A stretch of 64,000 bases of DNA from an uncultured virus (IMG/VR IMGVR_UViG_3300024999_000010) (IMGVR_UViG_3300024999_000010), one strand, 5' to 3'. Shown: positions 26,256 through 35,983, numbered from the stretch's first letter. Notes: generated by a model not told the origin, from the letters alone. Numbers and translations are program-made.

Positions 26256-27338
26256 ATGGGAGCAAATGTACAGTTGATCACTCCGGGGCAGGGAATGCCT
26301 CAGATTTTGGGTGGAAGTATTGGTAAACGACTCATGGCTAATAATATGGACCCTCTTTGTCTTAAACCGTGGTTAGGTAAGGACGGGAAGGCATATATTA
26401 CCAAAATGATTAATGGGAAGGCCCATGCAATTCCGGCCCCGTATCTGAATGCTACCCTCAGAACGAAAGAATGGATTGAGATGGATACTGCCCTGGTAAA
26501 TGCGGCTGAAGATCGTCTCGTTGGCGTTGCCTCTTTGTATTCCCGCAATCTTGTTTATCAGATTGGTAACGGTCTTGGTAAAACCGTCCTGGAATATGAG
26601 GATATTGATACCTTGTCTGCGGCCGAAATGAATATGGACGCAGTTACACCTGGGACTAAAGACCGGCCTAATTATGAGCTGAAGTATTTGCCTTTGCCGA
26701 TTATTTTTAAGGATTTCTCGTTTAATATTCGGGTGTTGAATGCTTCTCGGACCAATGGTCAGCCGATTGATGTAACCACTGGTATCCTTGCCGCAAGGCA
26801 GGTTGCAGAAAAGGTTGAAACCATTCTTTTCCAGGGTGCTTCATCTTATGCTTATGGTGGTGGAACTCTGTATGGTTATTTGGATCACCCCAACAAGAAC
26901 AGTGTAACATTGACTCAGAATTGGGATGCATCAGGAAAGACTGGTGCCGAAATCCTGGATGATGTTTTGGCTATGAAGCAGGCTAGTATCGATGCTCTCC
27001 ATTATGGTCCTTGGGAATTGTATATTCCTACCGCTTATGAGACTGTATTGGATAATGATTATGATACGTCTACCCCTGGAACTCCGATCCGGGAGCGTAT
27101 CCTGAAAATTGGCGGTATCCTGGATATTAAGGTTGCTGATAAGTGTACTGCAAATAAAGTAGTATTGGCTGAAATGCGTCCTGAAACGGTTCGGATGGTT
27201 GAAGGCATGGGAATTACAACTGTTGAGTGGGATGAGGGCGGTGGACTCTCGACCAATTATAAGGTTATGACTATTATGGTTCCGCAGATTCGCGCAGATC
27301 AGAATGGTAATTGCGGTATTACTGTACTTTCAGCTTAA
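26256..27338 (+). CDS. major capsid protein (HK97 fold, encapsulin/linocin-like)
   Basis: ATLR..EW..MD, PLPII.KDF, YG...HP; AAGGAG RBS; position in head operon. Confidence 0.88.
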   Translation: MGANVQLITPGQGMPQILGGSIGKRLMANNMDPLCLKPWLGKDGKAYITKMINGKAHAIPAPYLNATLRTKEWIEMDTALVNAAEDRLVGVASLYSRNLVYQIGNGLGKTVLEYEDIDTLSAAEMNMDAVTPGTKDRPNYELKYLPLPIIFKDFSFNIRVLNASRTNGQPIDVTTGILAARQVAEKVETILFQGASSYAYGGGTLYGYLDHPNKNSVTLTQNWDASGKTGAEILDDVLAMKQASIDALHYGPWELYIPTAYETVLDNDYDTSTPGTPIRERILKIGGILDIKVADKCTANKVVLAEMRPETVRMVEGMGITTVEWDEGGGLSTNYKVMTIMVPQIRADQNGNCGITVLSA

Positions 27339-27380
27339 TTGATTTAACAATAATTTATCTCATAACCAAGGAGATTGAAA

Positions 27381-27914
27381 ATGGAAAGGCAAACATTTCG
27401 TAAAAAGAAAAATACTGGAATGCATGTGGTTCGCAATTTTAAGGAAGGGACGAAGGTGAATGGACAGCCGGTACAGGGCCGTGCTGTCCTTCGTCCCGGC
27501 AATACTGTATATTGTTATCCTTCTGAATTAGGGGTTGACGGGCTAAAACAGTTTGATGCATTGACTTCAAATGGCCCGGTAGATGCAGAAGAGCAAAAGA
27601 TTGAACAAGAAATTATTCAGGAAGAAAGTAAGCCGGTTGCCCAACTTGAAATGGTAAGACGTGGAACAACTGCCTTTTATGATATAATCAACTCCTTGAA
27701 TCCTGATAAGCCGGTAAATGCTAAGGCTCTCAGGAAGAAGGATGCGGAAAAACTTTTGGTTGAATTGACTCAAGGTGAAGTTAAACCAATCAATATTGAT
27801 GAACTTGGCTGGGATGATCTTGTAAAAGAGTTAGAGAAAGCCGGGGTTGAGTGGAATGATGATTGGGAAACTGAGGACGATTTGAGAGAAGCATTGCGAG
27901 GGTTGAATGAGTAA
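27381..27914 (+). CDS. hypothetical head-associated protein with HeH/Rho-N-like C-terminus
   Basis: WDDLVKELEKAGVE...DDLREAL; follows the capsid gene. Confidence 0.55.
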   Translation: MERQTFRKKKNTGMHVVRNFKEGTKVNGQPVQGRAVLRPGNTVYCYPSELGVDGLKQFDALTSNGPVDAEEQKIEQEIIQEESKPVAQLEMVRRGTTAFYDIINSLNPDKPVNAKALRKKDAEKLLVELTQGEVKPINIDELGWDDLVKELEKAGVEWNDDWETEDDLREALRGLNE

Positions 27915-28543
27915 TGCCAGCCTGTCAAAGAATTCCGTGGGTAATACCTCGGCTATGGCCGGGCAGTACCATATTTATTATCGGTGGAGGGCCATCTTTG
28001 AAGGGTATGGAACTGAATTGTTTAAGATTGAAACGAGTAATTGGAGTAAATCAGGCGTTCAGAGTTTACCCTTGGGTGGATGTAACCTACTTTGGAGATT
28101 GTCAGTTCAGGGAGCTTGCCCCAAGTATCAACCAGTGGCCCGGTATTAAGGTGACAAGTTGTGGGCGGGTTCCAGAACTCGGAAAGGGATGGAAGGGGAT
28201 TCGTCGTGTTGGAAGATCGAAAAATTATGGCATCGAAACAAAGAAAGTTGGATTTGTTTCTTGGAATGGCAATTCTGGTGCCAGTGCTATTAATATTGCC
28301 TATTGGCTTGGTGCTAGCCGGGTTGTTTTACTTGGATTTGATATGCATTCTGATAATGATCGACATAATTTTCATGATTTTTATCCGACCAGAGCAAAGA
28401 CATTTGACCCGTATAAAAATCATATGCGCTGTTGGCCGTATATTGCAAGGGATGCGGCGGAAATTGGGTTGGAAATTATCAATGCAACGCCGAACAGTGC
28501 AATAAAGGAATTTCCATTTATGAAGCTGGAGAAATTAATTTGA
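27914..28543 (+). CDS. Maf/MptE/GT29-like nucleotide-sugar transferase domain protein
   Basis: IFIIGGGPSL, IGVN, NSGASAINIA..LGA.RVVLLGFD, IINAT. Confidence 0.75.
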   Translation: MPACQRIPWVIPRLWPGSTIFIIGGGPSLKGMELNCLRLKRVIGVNQAFRVYPWVDVTYFGDCQFRELAPSINQWPGIKVTSCGRVPELGKGWKGIRRVGRSKNYGIETKKVGFVSWNGNSGASAINIAYWLGASRVVLLGFDMHSDNDRHNFHDFYPTRAKTFDPYKNHMRCWPYIARDAAEIGLEIINATPNSAIKEFPFMKLEKLI

Positions 28544-29571
28544 AAGCTGCAATACTCACAGAACTGAATCAGAATTTGGTTGTTGCAAATTTAACCCTTC
28601 CCAATGTCCTTGATGTTGGGCAGGTGCTTGTAAGAGTATTTGCCTCTGGTATTTGTGGCGCTCAGATTGGGGAAATATCCGGGGCAAAAGGGCCAGATAA
28701 ATATCTCCCACATCTTCTTGGACACGAGGGTGGAGGCGTTGTAGAGAAAGTCGGCCCTGGAGTGACAACTGTAAAGAAGGGGGATCACGTTTGTTTGCAT
28801 TGGAGGAAGGGAGAGGGGATCAATGCTATCCCACCGAAATATAAACTTGGTTCTGAAACGGTTGGTGGTGGTTGGGTAACGACATTTAATGAAATGGCTG
28901 TTATTTCCGAGAATCGCTTAACAAAGGTGCCTTCTGCTCTCCCTTTTGAGATTTCAGCCTTACTTGGATGCGCGGTTACAACAGGATTTGGTCTTATAAA
29001 TAACGAGGCACAATTAAAGATTGGACAATCTATTGCTGTTGCTGGTTGTGGGGGTGTTGGCCTTAATGTGGTTCAAGGGGCAAAACTTGTTTGCGCAGAT
29101 AAAATATTTGGCATTGATATCCATGACAGCAAACTTGAAATGGCAATGAGATTTGGTGCAACTCATTTGATTAATTCCAGTATTGATCAAGAGTTTATTA
29201 TTGACGAAATAAATAAATCCACAAGTGGGAAAGGGGTAGATGTATTTGTTGATTGTACTGGAGTCCCTGAAATTATTGATATGGGATTGCATTTATCGAA
29301 GAAATTGATTCTTGTTGGCCAACCTAAGATTGGGGTTGATTATAAAATTTCCAATGCAAGAAATATGTATACTGGGAAAACAATAATTGATAGTCAAGGA
29401 GGATTGACCAATCCAACTGTTGATATTCCTCGATATGCAGCACTTTATCTTAATGGGAAAATAAATCTTGAGGATTTGATTACCAGGAGATTCCCCTTGA
29501 GTGAAGTGAACAAGGCAATTGAAATGGTAAAATTGGGGAAAGTTGGCCGTTGTATTTTGGAGATGAATTAA
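28540..29571 (+). CDS. Zn-dependent alcohol dehydrogenase (MDR family)
   Basis: GIC, LGHEG, LGCAVTTG, GCGGVG; TTG start after GGAG. Confidence 0.9.
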   Translation: MKAAILTELNQNLVVANLTLPNVLDVGQVLVRVFASGICGAQIGEISGAKGPDKYLPHLLGHEGGGVVEKVGPGVTTVKKGDHVCLHWRKGEGINAIPPKYKLGSETVGGGWVTTFNEMAVISENRLTKVPSALPFEISALLGCAVTTGFGLINNEAQLKIGQSIAVAGCGGVGLNVVQGAKLVCADKIFGIDIHDSKLEMAMRFGATHLINSSIDQEFIIDEINKSTSGKGVDVFVDCTGVPEIIDMGLHLSKKLILVGQPKIGVDYKISNARNMYTGKTIIDSQGGLTNPTVDIPRYAALYLNGKINLEDLITRRFPLSEVNKAIEMVKLGKVGRCILEMN

Positions 29572-30317
29572 TGAATAATGTTGGTAAATTTCTGAAAGAA
29601 TTACAATTGGTCGACACAGGATTGACCAAGATTCGTGTTGGTCCTGATCATGATGGCGGCTATGTTGTTTTAAAAGAAATCTGTGAACAATCAGATGCAT
29701 TATATAGTTATGGGGTCGGGAATGATGTTGAATTTGAATTTGATTTATTGAATAAATTTTTAAATATTAAAAATGCATTCCTGTTTGACCCGACAATTGA
29801 TGAATTGCCTAAGCAGAATGGTAGATTTGCATTTGTCAAAATAGGTATTGAGGATTCATTGAAATTTTCTAAATTGTATCAGAATCCAATGCTTAAAATT
29901 GATGTTGAATATAATGAGTGGGAAGCATTAAACAGAATTGACCCGCTTGAATTATATAGTGCTTCTCAAATTGTAATTGAATTTCATCTTGTTCATTGTG
30001 AATCAAGAGAAGGATTGACTAAATATTTCAATGGTTTTTATTCTGGTGTTTTTGAAAAATTTAATGAAGAATTGTTTTCTGCTTATCTTGATATATTACG
30101 AAAAATAAAGGATAGTTTTCATCTTGTTCATATTCATCCTAATAATTCTTTGGCAATGCGGAAAATGAATGGGTATTTGGTTCCACCGCTTTTGGAATGT
30201 ACTTTTGTAAATAAGGCATTGATAAATAGTTTTATAAAAACAGAATATCAAGGAAATATTCAAGGGCTTGATTATTCCAATAAGAATGATCGTCCTGACG
30301 TGGGGTTTATATGCTGA
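29571..30317 (+). CDS. FkbM/Methyltransf_22-like methyltransferase
   Basis: RVGPDHDGGY, YSYGVG.D..FE, LKIDVE..EW, QIVIEFH, HIHPNN. Confidence 0.8.
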   Translation: MNNVGKFLKELQLVDTGLTKIRVGPDHDGGYVVLKEICEQSDALYSYGVGNDVEFEFDLLNKFLNIKNAFLFDPTIDELPKQNGRFAFVKIGIEDSLKFSKLYQNPMLKIDVEYNEWEALNRIDPLELYSASQIVIEFHLVHCESREGLTKYFNGFYSGVFEKFNEELFSAYLDILRKIKDSFHLVHIHPNNSLAMRKMNGYLVPPLLECTFVNKALINSFIKTEYQGNIQGLDYSNKNDRPDVGFIC

Positions 30318-31033
30318 ACGAAAGATCAAAACAGGTTCGCCGGGACACATTAAAACTTTCTGCCGCCAATGGCGGATATCATTATGGTGGCTGTTTTTCA
30401 ATTGTTGAAATTCTAATTTCTCTTTATGATTTCTGTCTTAAAGAAGATGATAAATTTGTATTAAGTAAAGGTCATGCCTGTTGGCCGCTTTATGTTCTTC
30501 TTCGTGAGCATGGGTTAAATCCTAAATTGTCAGGGCATCCTGAAAGAGATACAGCAAATGGCATAAATTATACAACTGGTTCATTAGGACATGGTTTCCC
30601 TGCTGCTGTCGGGATGGCATTTACAAAGAAAATAAAAGGTGAATCGGGAAATGTTTATGTTTTGATGGGTGATGGTGAGGCCCAGGAGGGAACAACTTGG
30701 GAATCAATGCTGATTGCCAAAAAACATAATCTTGATAATTTAGTTGTCATTGTTGATGAAAATAGAATTCAAGGTTCGGGTTGGAATCAAGATATTTTGT
30801 CGTTTAATTTATATGAAGTAACAAACGCTCTTGGTTTTGATACTTGGATTGTTGATGGACATAATGTTGATCAGTTAAGAAAGATAATCGAAGAGCCTTG
30901 TAAAACAACTAAATTTATAATTGCTCAAACGACAAAAGGCAAAGGTGTTTCCTATATGGAGAATGATCCTAAATGGCATGCTAATTGGCCGAATAAAGAA
31001 TTTATGGATTTAGCCTTTGAGGAATTGAATTGA
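30311..31033 (+). CDS. transketolase-like protein, N-terminal TPP-binding subunit
   Basis: GYHYGG, LSKGH, TGSLGHG, GDGE..EG..WE, DGHN, TTKGKG. Confidence 0.92.
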   Translation: MLNERSKQVRRDTLKLSAANGGYHYGGCFSIVEILISLYDFCLKEDDKFVLSKGHACWPLYVLLREHGLNPKLSGHPERDTANGINYTTGSLGHGFPAAVGMAFTKKIKGESGNVYVLMGDGEAQEGTTWESMLIAKKHNLDNLVVIVDENRIQGSGWNQDILSFNLYEVTNALGFDTWIVDGHNVDQLRKIIEEPCKTTKFIIAQTTKGKGVSYMENDPKWHANWPNKEFMDLAFEELN

Positions 31034-31806
31034 AACTGAACGATATTATATTTGTTCCATCTGTTCAGCATACCGGAACTTGGTTTGTGATAAATTTTCT
31101 TTTGAATTTCTTTGAACAAGAAAAAGAACTTACCTTGTTGCTTGAAGATAGAAAGAAATATGATGCAGAACATATTAATTATCAATACAAATATGATTGT
31201 TCTCTTGATAAAAAGACAATTGCTCATATTCATTTACCGATAGTTCAGCAGGATGGTGGTCTTGATTTGATGGATGAACAATTTTATAATGGTTGGAAAA
31301 GTAATCTTGAGACAATGAGAAGTCTTCCTATTTCGACAATTTTATTGTTCTGTAATTTTTTTAAAACAGTAATTCCGGTACGTGATCCATTGGCATCAAT
31401 TTTAACAAGAGAAGCAAGGCACCCTCAATTCCGGCATTTTTATATTGTTGATAATTTTGTTGCATTGGCTACGGAATTTGTTCAACATCCGAATATTATG
31501 TTTTTGACTATTGATTTAAATCATTCATTTGAGCAACGAAAAGATTTATTATTGAAGGTATTAAATCATTGTGGAATTGATAATTTTGATGAAAATATTG
31601 TAAACAGATTTGCCGAAGAATGGATTCCACAAAACATAACTCCGAATAATAAGTTTAAAGAAATGTATGATAATAAGGATATTGATGGAATAATGAATTT
31701 GTTAGGACAAAAACAAGCAAGTGTTGAATATTTACGGAATATGGCATCAATTATTTTTCCATTTATGACTTCTCTTGGTTATACAAGAGAGAATTTTATT
31801 TGGTGA
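31030..31806 (+). CDS. sulfotransferase-like P-loop protein
   Basis: VPSVQHTGTWF (5'-PSB-like loop) and IPVRDPLAS (3'-PB-like). Confidence 0.55.
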   Translation: MKLNDIIFVPSVQHTGTWFVINFLLNFFEQEKELTLLLEDRKKYDAEHINYQYKYDCSLDKKTIAHIHLPIVQQDGGLDLMDEQFYNGWKSNLETMRSLPISTILLFCNFFKTVIPVRDPLASILTREARHPQFRHFYIVDNFVALATEFVQHPNIMFLTIDLNHSFEQRKDLLLKVLNHCGIDNFDENIVNRFAEEWIPQNITPNNKFKEMYDNKDIDGIMNLLGQKQASVEYLRNMASIIFPFMTSLGYTRENFIW

Positions 31807-31809
31807 TAT

Positions 31810-32292
31810 ATGAGAAGGGCATTTGGCAAAACTATTGTAAGGCTTGGGGAGAAGGATAAACGGATTGTCGTTCTTCATGGGGATGTTTATCAGGAGATGG
31901 ATGAATTTCAGAGAAGGTTTCCTGATCGCATTTACAACATGGGGATTTGTGAACAGTCTCTTCTTTCGGTTGCTGCCGGAATGGCTTGTGAAGGATTGAA
32001 GCCAATTGTTTATTCTTTAACTCCATTCCTTATTGAAAGGCCATTTGAACAATTAAAGATTGATATTGATGAACAAAATTTGCCGGTAATGCTGGTTGGC
32101 AATTCTGATTATCCTACACATGGGCCGACTCACAGGGCATTGAATCCTGAAGGGCTGATTGGATTGTTGAAAAATGTTCATGGGTTCTTTCCTCGAAATC
32201 AGTTCGAGACTGAAAAGGCAATGTTGGATGCTTATTTGATGGGAGTCCCGGCGGTAATTTGCTTGAAGAATGAGAGGCTTCCATTTATATGA
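31810..32292 (+). CDS. transketolase-like protein, pyrimidine-binding subunit (no C-terminal domain)
   Basis: MRRAF, NMGICEQ, AAGMA..G, RPFEQ, GPTH. Confidence 0.9.
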   Translation: MRRAFGKTIVRLGEKDKRIVVLHGDVYQEMDEFQRRFPDRIYNMGICEQSLLSVAAGMACEGLKPIVYSLTPFLIERPFEQLKIDIDEQNLPVMLVGNSDYPTHGPTHRALNPEGLIGLLKNVHGFFPRNQFETEKAMLDAYLMGVPAVICLKNERLPFI

Positions 32293-32936
32293 AAATTATG
32301 ATTACAGGGGCATCTCGTGGACTTGGAAAAGAACTTGTAAATGTATTTTCCAATCGTGGGAATTATTTGATAATGAGTAATCGTAATGACATTTACGAAT
32401 TGCATGAGGAAGGGGTTGTTGTAAGTGGGGATTTAACTCATCCTGCAACAATCAATACTTTATATCATGAGGCGGAATTAGTTGATGGAGTTGACGTATT
32501 GATTAATTGTGCCGGGATTTATGCAAATGGTGAATTTGATCAGGATGAACTCGAAAAAATCATGAATGTGAATTTTTTTGTTCCGGTCCTTCTGACGATG
32601 AAATTATCCCCCCTGTTCCGCAGGCAGAAACAGGGATGTATCGTTAATTTAAATTCTCTGGCGGGGAAGGTAGCCGGAAAGGGAGAAATGGCATACGCGG
32701 CCAGTAAGCACGCTTTAAAGGGGTTCTTCGATTCCCTTAAATTTGAGACCACAAAATACAATATAAAAATTTTGAATGTTTATTCCGGTGCAATGAAAAC
32801 TGATATGACAAAGCATCGTCCTGATTGGGATAAACTTATTGACCCGAAAGAAGTTGCAAGAGTTATTTTTGATTTATGCCAAAATTATAAATCATTAAAC
32901 ATAAATGAGATTACAATTACCCGGAGCAATTATTAA
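32289..32936 (+). CDS. short-chain dehydrogenase/reductase
   Basis: ITGASRGLG, INCAG, YAASK. Confidence 0.92.
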   Translation: MKIMITGASRGLGKELVNVFSNRGNYLIMSNRNDIYELHEEGVVVSGDLTHPATINTLYHEAELVDGVDVLINCAGIYANGEFDQDELEKIMNVNFFVPVLLTMKLSPLFRRQKQGCIVNLNSLAGKVAGKGEMAYAASKHALKGFFDSLKFETTKYNIKILNVYSGAMKTDMTKHRPDWDKLIDPKEVARVIFDLCQNYKSLNINEITITRSNY

Positions 32937-35312
32937 ATGAATGCATTAACCAAATGTATTTGTAATAGTGACCGTTTCACGGAGCGGGAAGAGCAATATT
33001 ATGAAGTGACCCCAGAAGGGGAAACTGTAATTGCTAAAAATGGATCAAGAATAAAATTGGCTGAATGTCTTGATTGTGGGGTTATTCGACAGACAACCCT
33101 TCCTTTTGTAAAGACCGAATACAAGAAATATTATCAGGAATATCAGCCCGTAAATGAGCAATACAAGGCGAAAGATTATGACCATGACTTGAGAATTGCT
33201 AAATTACGGGCAAATGATTACGGAATTTATGGTGGTTGCGAACTTCTTTTGCTTGATGTCGGTTCTGGTTCTGGGGCATTTGTGGATGAGTGCCGGTCCA
33301 GGGGTGCAGCAGCTTATGGTTGCGAGATTTCCAAGTATGCTTATGCACCTGCTGGGAATTTTATTTATCAGGGAATGCTGGAGGATATTGCATTTCCAAC
33401 TGATCATTTTGATATTGTAACATGTCACGATGTATTAGAACATTGTCTTGACCCGGTTTCTTTTGTAAGGGAAATGTTCAGGATTACCAAACAGGGTGGT
33501 AAATGTATTATTGATTTTCCTAATTTTCATGTTGAAGCTGGAAAACATCATTGGAAGATTGAGCATATTTGGTATTTTAATGTAGATCAATTAAAAGAAT
33601 TGCTTGCAAAAATAGGATTTATAATCAGTGGAATAAAGAATCCAATTGAATCAAAAATATTATTTACTTGTGCCAAACCGGAAGAAGATAGAAAAACAAT
33701 CCTGCTTCCTCCTGGAATTGGTGATTCATATTGGTCCTTGATTAAATTACCGGCATTGATCGAAAGAGAAAATATTGGCATTCCTGAAATAGCAGTTGCT
33801 TGTAACAAAGAGAAAAAATACAATGGGCATAAGAGGGCATTTCCTTTTATTGAAATGTTTCCTTTTGTTCATTCTTCTGGATTCTCCCTTTCTACTGATG
33901 GGGAAAGTAATAAAAAAATCTGGAAAGAAGCATATGCCCAGGAAGGAAGGACAATTTTTAGAGATGTTTTAAATTGTGATTATTTTGTTTCATATAATGG
34001 CCATTTACGAATTGGCAAAAGTATGAATGAGATTGATCCTGATTTGAAATGTTCCTGGAATCCTAAAATGTTTGTTTCTCTTGAACAACTTAATTTTCAA
34101 AAGATGTGTCAAGAGCAATTTGGAAAATATATTGTTTTCTATTTTATCTTTGGCGGTACTTATAGTTATTGGACACAGCAATTCCCGATCAAGAATATTA
34201 TTGGGTATATTAGGAAAGTATTGAATCGGACAGGATTGAAAGCAGTATTTACCGGGGCAATATGGGATGGTGATGATAATCCATTGAATGAAATCAAAAA
34301 GAACTTTCCCGACTCAATTGATCTTGTTGGGAAAACTACTGTTCAGCAATTGTTTGGATTATTGAAGGGTTCTGAATTGGTTGTTGGTTATCCTTCCGGG
34401 TTGACAATTCTTTCTGCTTCGATGGGGATTAAGACTCTTACGATATGGAATGATTATTACAATAGGGATTTTGCTTGGAATTGTGTTCAACCGGAAGTTT
34501 GGAATAAAACATATTTTACCGAAAATACAAATGGGATCAATGTTAATTCATTAACAACTAAATCAATAGGAATAATTGAAGGGATTGCAAAACCTTCTAA
34601 ACTCCCATTGCCTATTGGTAAGAAAGCAATTTCGATAAAGAAGAATGAGAAGATTGTTAAATCTGTTGAATTAAAACGTTCTCCTTGTTTGACAATTGCT
34701 TGTGTGCTTAAATCTGGTGGGGATTATGACGAAAAATACGTCCAGATTATGAAGCGAATGATTGAAAAGACTGTAACAATTCCTTATAAGTTTTGTGTTT
34801 TGACTGATGTGAATATTAAGGATATTGAATCAATCAGACTTGAAAAGAATTTTCCAGGTTGGTGGTCAAAACTTGAATTGTTTTCCCTTTATGGCCCGGT
34901 ACTTTATATTGATCTTGATACAGTAATTTTACATAATATTGATAAACTTGTAAATTCTGTTTCAAGAATGGATAATGGCCAATTTTGGATGCTCCCTCCT
35001 TTTAATTCTTCTCGGAGGGAAAAGGGGATGTGGGCATCTGGGATAATGGCCTGGTATGGGGATTTTAGATATTTAATTGATAAATTTGATCGTAAAAATT
35101 ATGAGGGATGGGATCAGGTTTATATTTCAAAGACACTTGAAAAGCGAGGCGTTAAAATTGAGTCAATTGGGCGCTTTTCAAGAATAGCATCATACAAAAG
35201 GCATTGTTCCAGTACGAGCAATAAACCAAATGAGTTTGATATTGTTTGTTTTCACGGAAGAGAACGGCCGCATACTTGCAAACATCAATGGGTTAAGGAG
35301 ATATGGGCATGA
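32937..35312 (+). CDS. fusion: class I SAM methyltransferase + GT9 (heptosyltransferase-like) + GT-A glycosyltransferase
   Basis: LDVGSGSG/DVLEH; PGIGD...DLVGKTT...SG; CVLKSGGDY, GWWSKLELF, YIDLD, DQ, VCFHG..RP. Confidence 0.85.
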   Translation: MNALTKCICNSDRFTEREEQYYEVTPEGETVIAKNGSRIKLAECLDCGVIRQTTLPFVKTEYKKYYQEYQPVNEQYKAKDYDHDLRIAKLRANDYGIYGGCELLLLDVGSGSGAFVDECRSRGAAAYGCEISKYAYAPAGNFIYQGMLEDIAFPTDHFDIVTCHDVLEHCLDPVSFVREMFRITKQGGKCIIDFPNFHVEAGKHHWKIEHIWYFNVDQLKELLAKIGFIISGIKNPIESKILFTCAKPEEDRKTILLPPGIGDSYWSLIKLPALIERENIGIPEIAVACNKEKKYNGHKRAFPFIEMFPFVHSSGFSLSTDGESNKKIWKEAYAQEGRTIFRDVLNCDYFVSYNGHLRIGKSMNEIDPDLKCSWNPKMFVSLEQLNFQKMCQEQFGKYIVFYFIFGGTYSYWTQQFPIKNIIGYIRKVLNRTGLKAVFTGAIWDGDDNPLNEIKKNFPDSIDLVGKTTVQQLFGLLKGSELVVGYPSGLTILSASMGIKTLTIWNDYYNRDFAWNCVQPEVWNKTYFTENTNGINVNSLTTKSIGIIEGIAKPSKLPLPIGKKAISIKKNEKIVKSVELKRSPCLTIACVLKSGGDYDEKYVQIMKRMIEKTVTIPYKFCVLTDVNIKDIESIRLEKNFPGWWSKLELFSLYGPVLYIDLDTVILHNIDKLVNSVSRMDNGQFWMLPPFNSSRREKGMWASGIMAWYGDFRYLIDKFDRKNYEGWDQVYISKTLEKRGVKIESIGRFSRIASYKRHCSSTSNKPNEFDIVCFHGRERPHTCKHQWVKEIWA

Positions 35313-35983
35313 TTGATCCTATCCTTATAACTGGCGCTGCTCGATCCGGGACAAGTATGACCGCCGGGATTATTCATATTTGTGGCGGATTTGGTGGGGA
35401 TACCGCAGGCCCGAATATTCATAATCAAAAGGGGATGTTTGAAAATCTCGAAATAAGAAATTCGATTACCAAACCATATTTGAAAAGTATCGGTTGTGAT
35501 CCTTTAGGACAAAGGCCGCTCCCGAATTCCCGGCAGGTTTTTGAAGTGACTCAACAGCAAGGTGAACAGTGGAGAAAAAGGATACAATCAGTAATACAAT
35601 ATCAAGGATATAAGGATGGGATTTGGTATTATAAAGGGGCAAAGATGTGTTTGTTCTGGTATATGTGGCACCTTGCCTTCCCTACTGCTAAATGGGTAAT
35701 TGTAAGACGTGAAGCTGATCAAATTGCTGAATCTTGTCTGCGAACTTCTTTCATGCGGGCCTATAAGACGAAAGAAGGTTGGTTGGATTGGGTAAAAGTC
35801 CATGAAGATAGATTCCGACAAATGAGCAAGGCTGGTCTTGAAATTATGGAAGTTTGGCCATCTAAAATAATTGCCGGGGATCAATCAGAGATGAAACAAA
35901 TGATTAAATGGTTAGGACTTGAATGGAAACAGAATCTTGTAAATGCCTTTGTTGATCCTGCTTTATATGGGGGTAAAAAATAA
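35309..35983 (+). CDS. sulfotransferase
   Basis: PILITGAARSGTS PAPS-binding loop, N.KG.FE, VIVRR...S. Confidence 0.85.
   Translation: MIDPILITGAARSGTSMTAGIIHICGGFGGDTAGPNIHNQKGMFENLEIRNSITKPYLKSIGCDPLGQRPLPNSRQVFEVTQQQGEQWRKRIQSVIQYQGYKDGIWYYKGAKMCLFWYMWHLAFPTAKWVIVRREADQIAESCLRTSFMRAYKTKEGWLDWVKVHEDRFRQMSKAGLEIMEVWPSKIIAGDQSEMKQMIKWLGLEWKQNLVNAFVDPALYGGKK

Noticed and set aside
26256..27338. Bacterial encapsulin nanocompartment
   Set aside because: It sits in a full terminase-portal-protease-tail operon, so it is the phage capsid.
27914..35983. Host LPS locus misassembled into the phage, or a seroconversion moron
   Set aside because: Genes overlap the flanking structural genes at both ends, share strand and general composition, and include no membrane flippase or polymerase. 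Read-level confirmation is still advisable.
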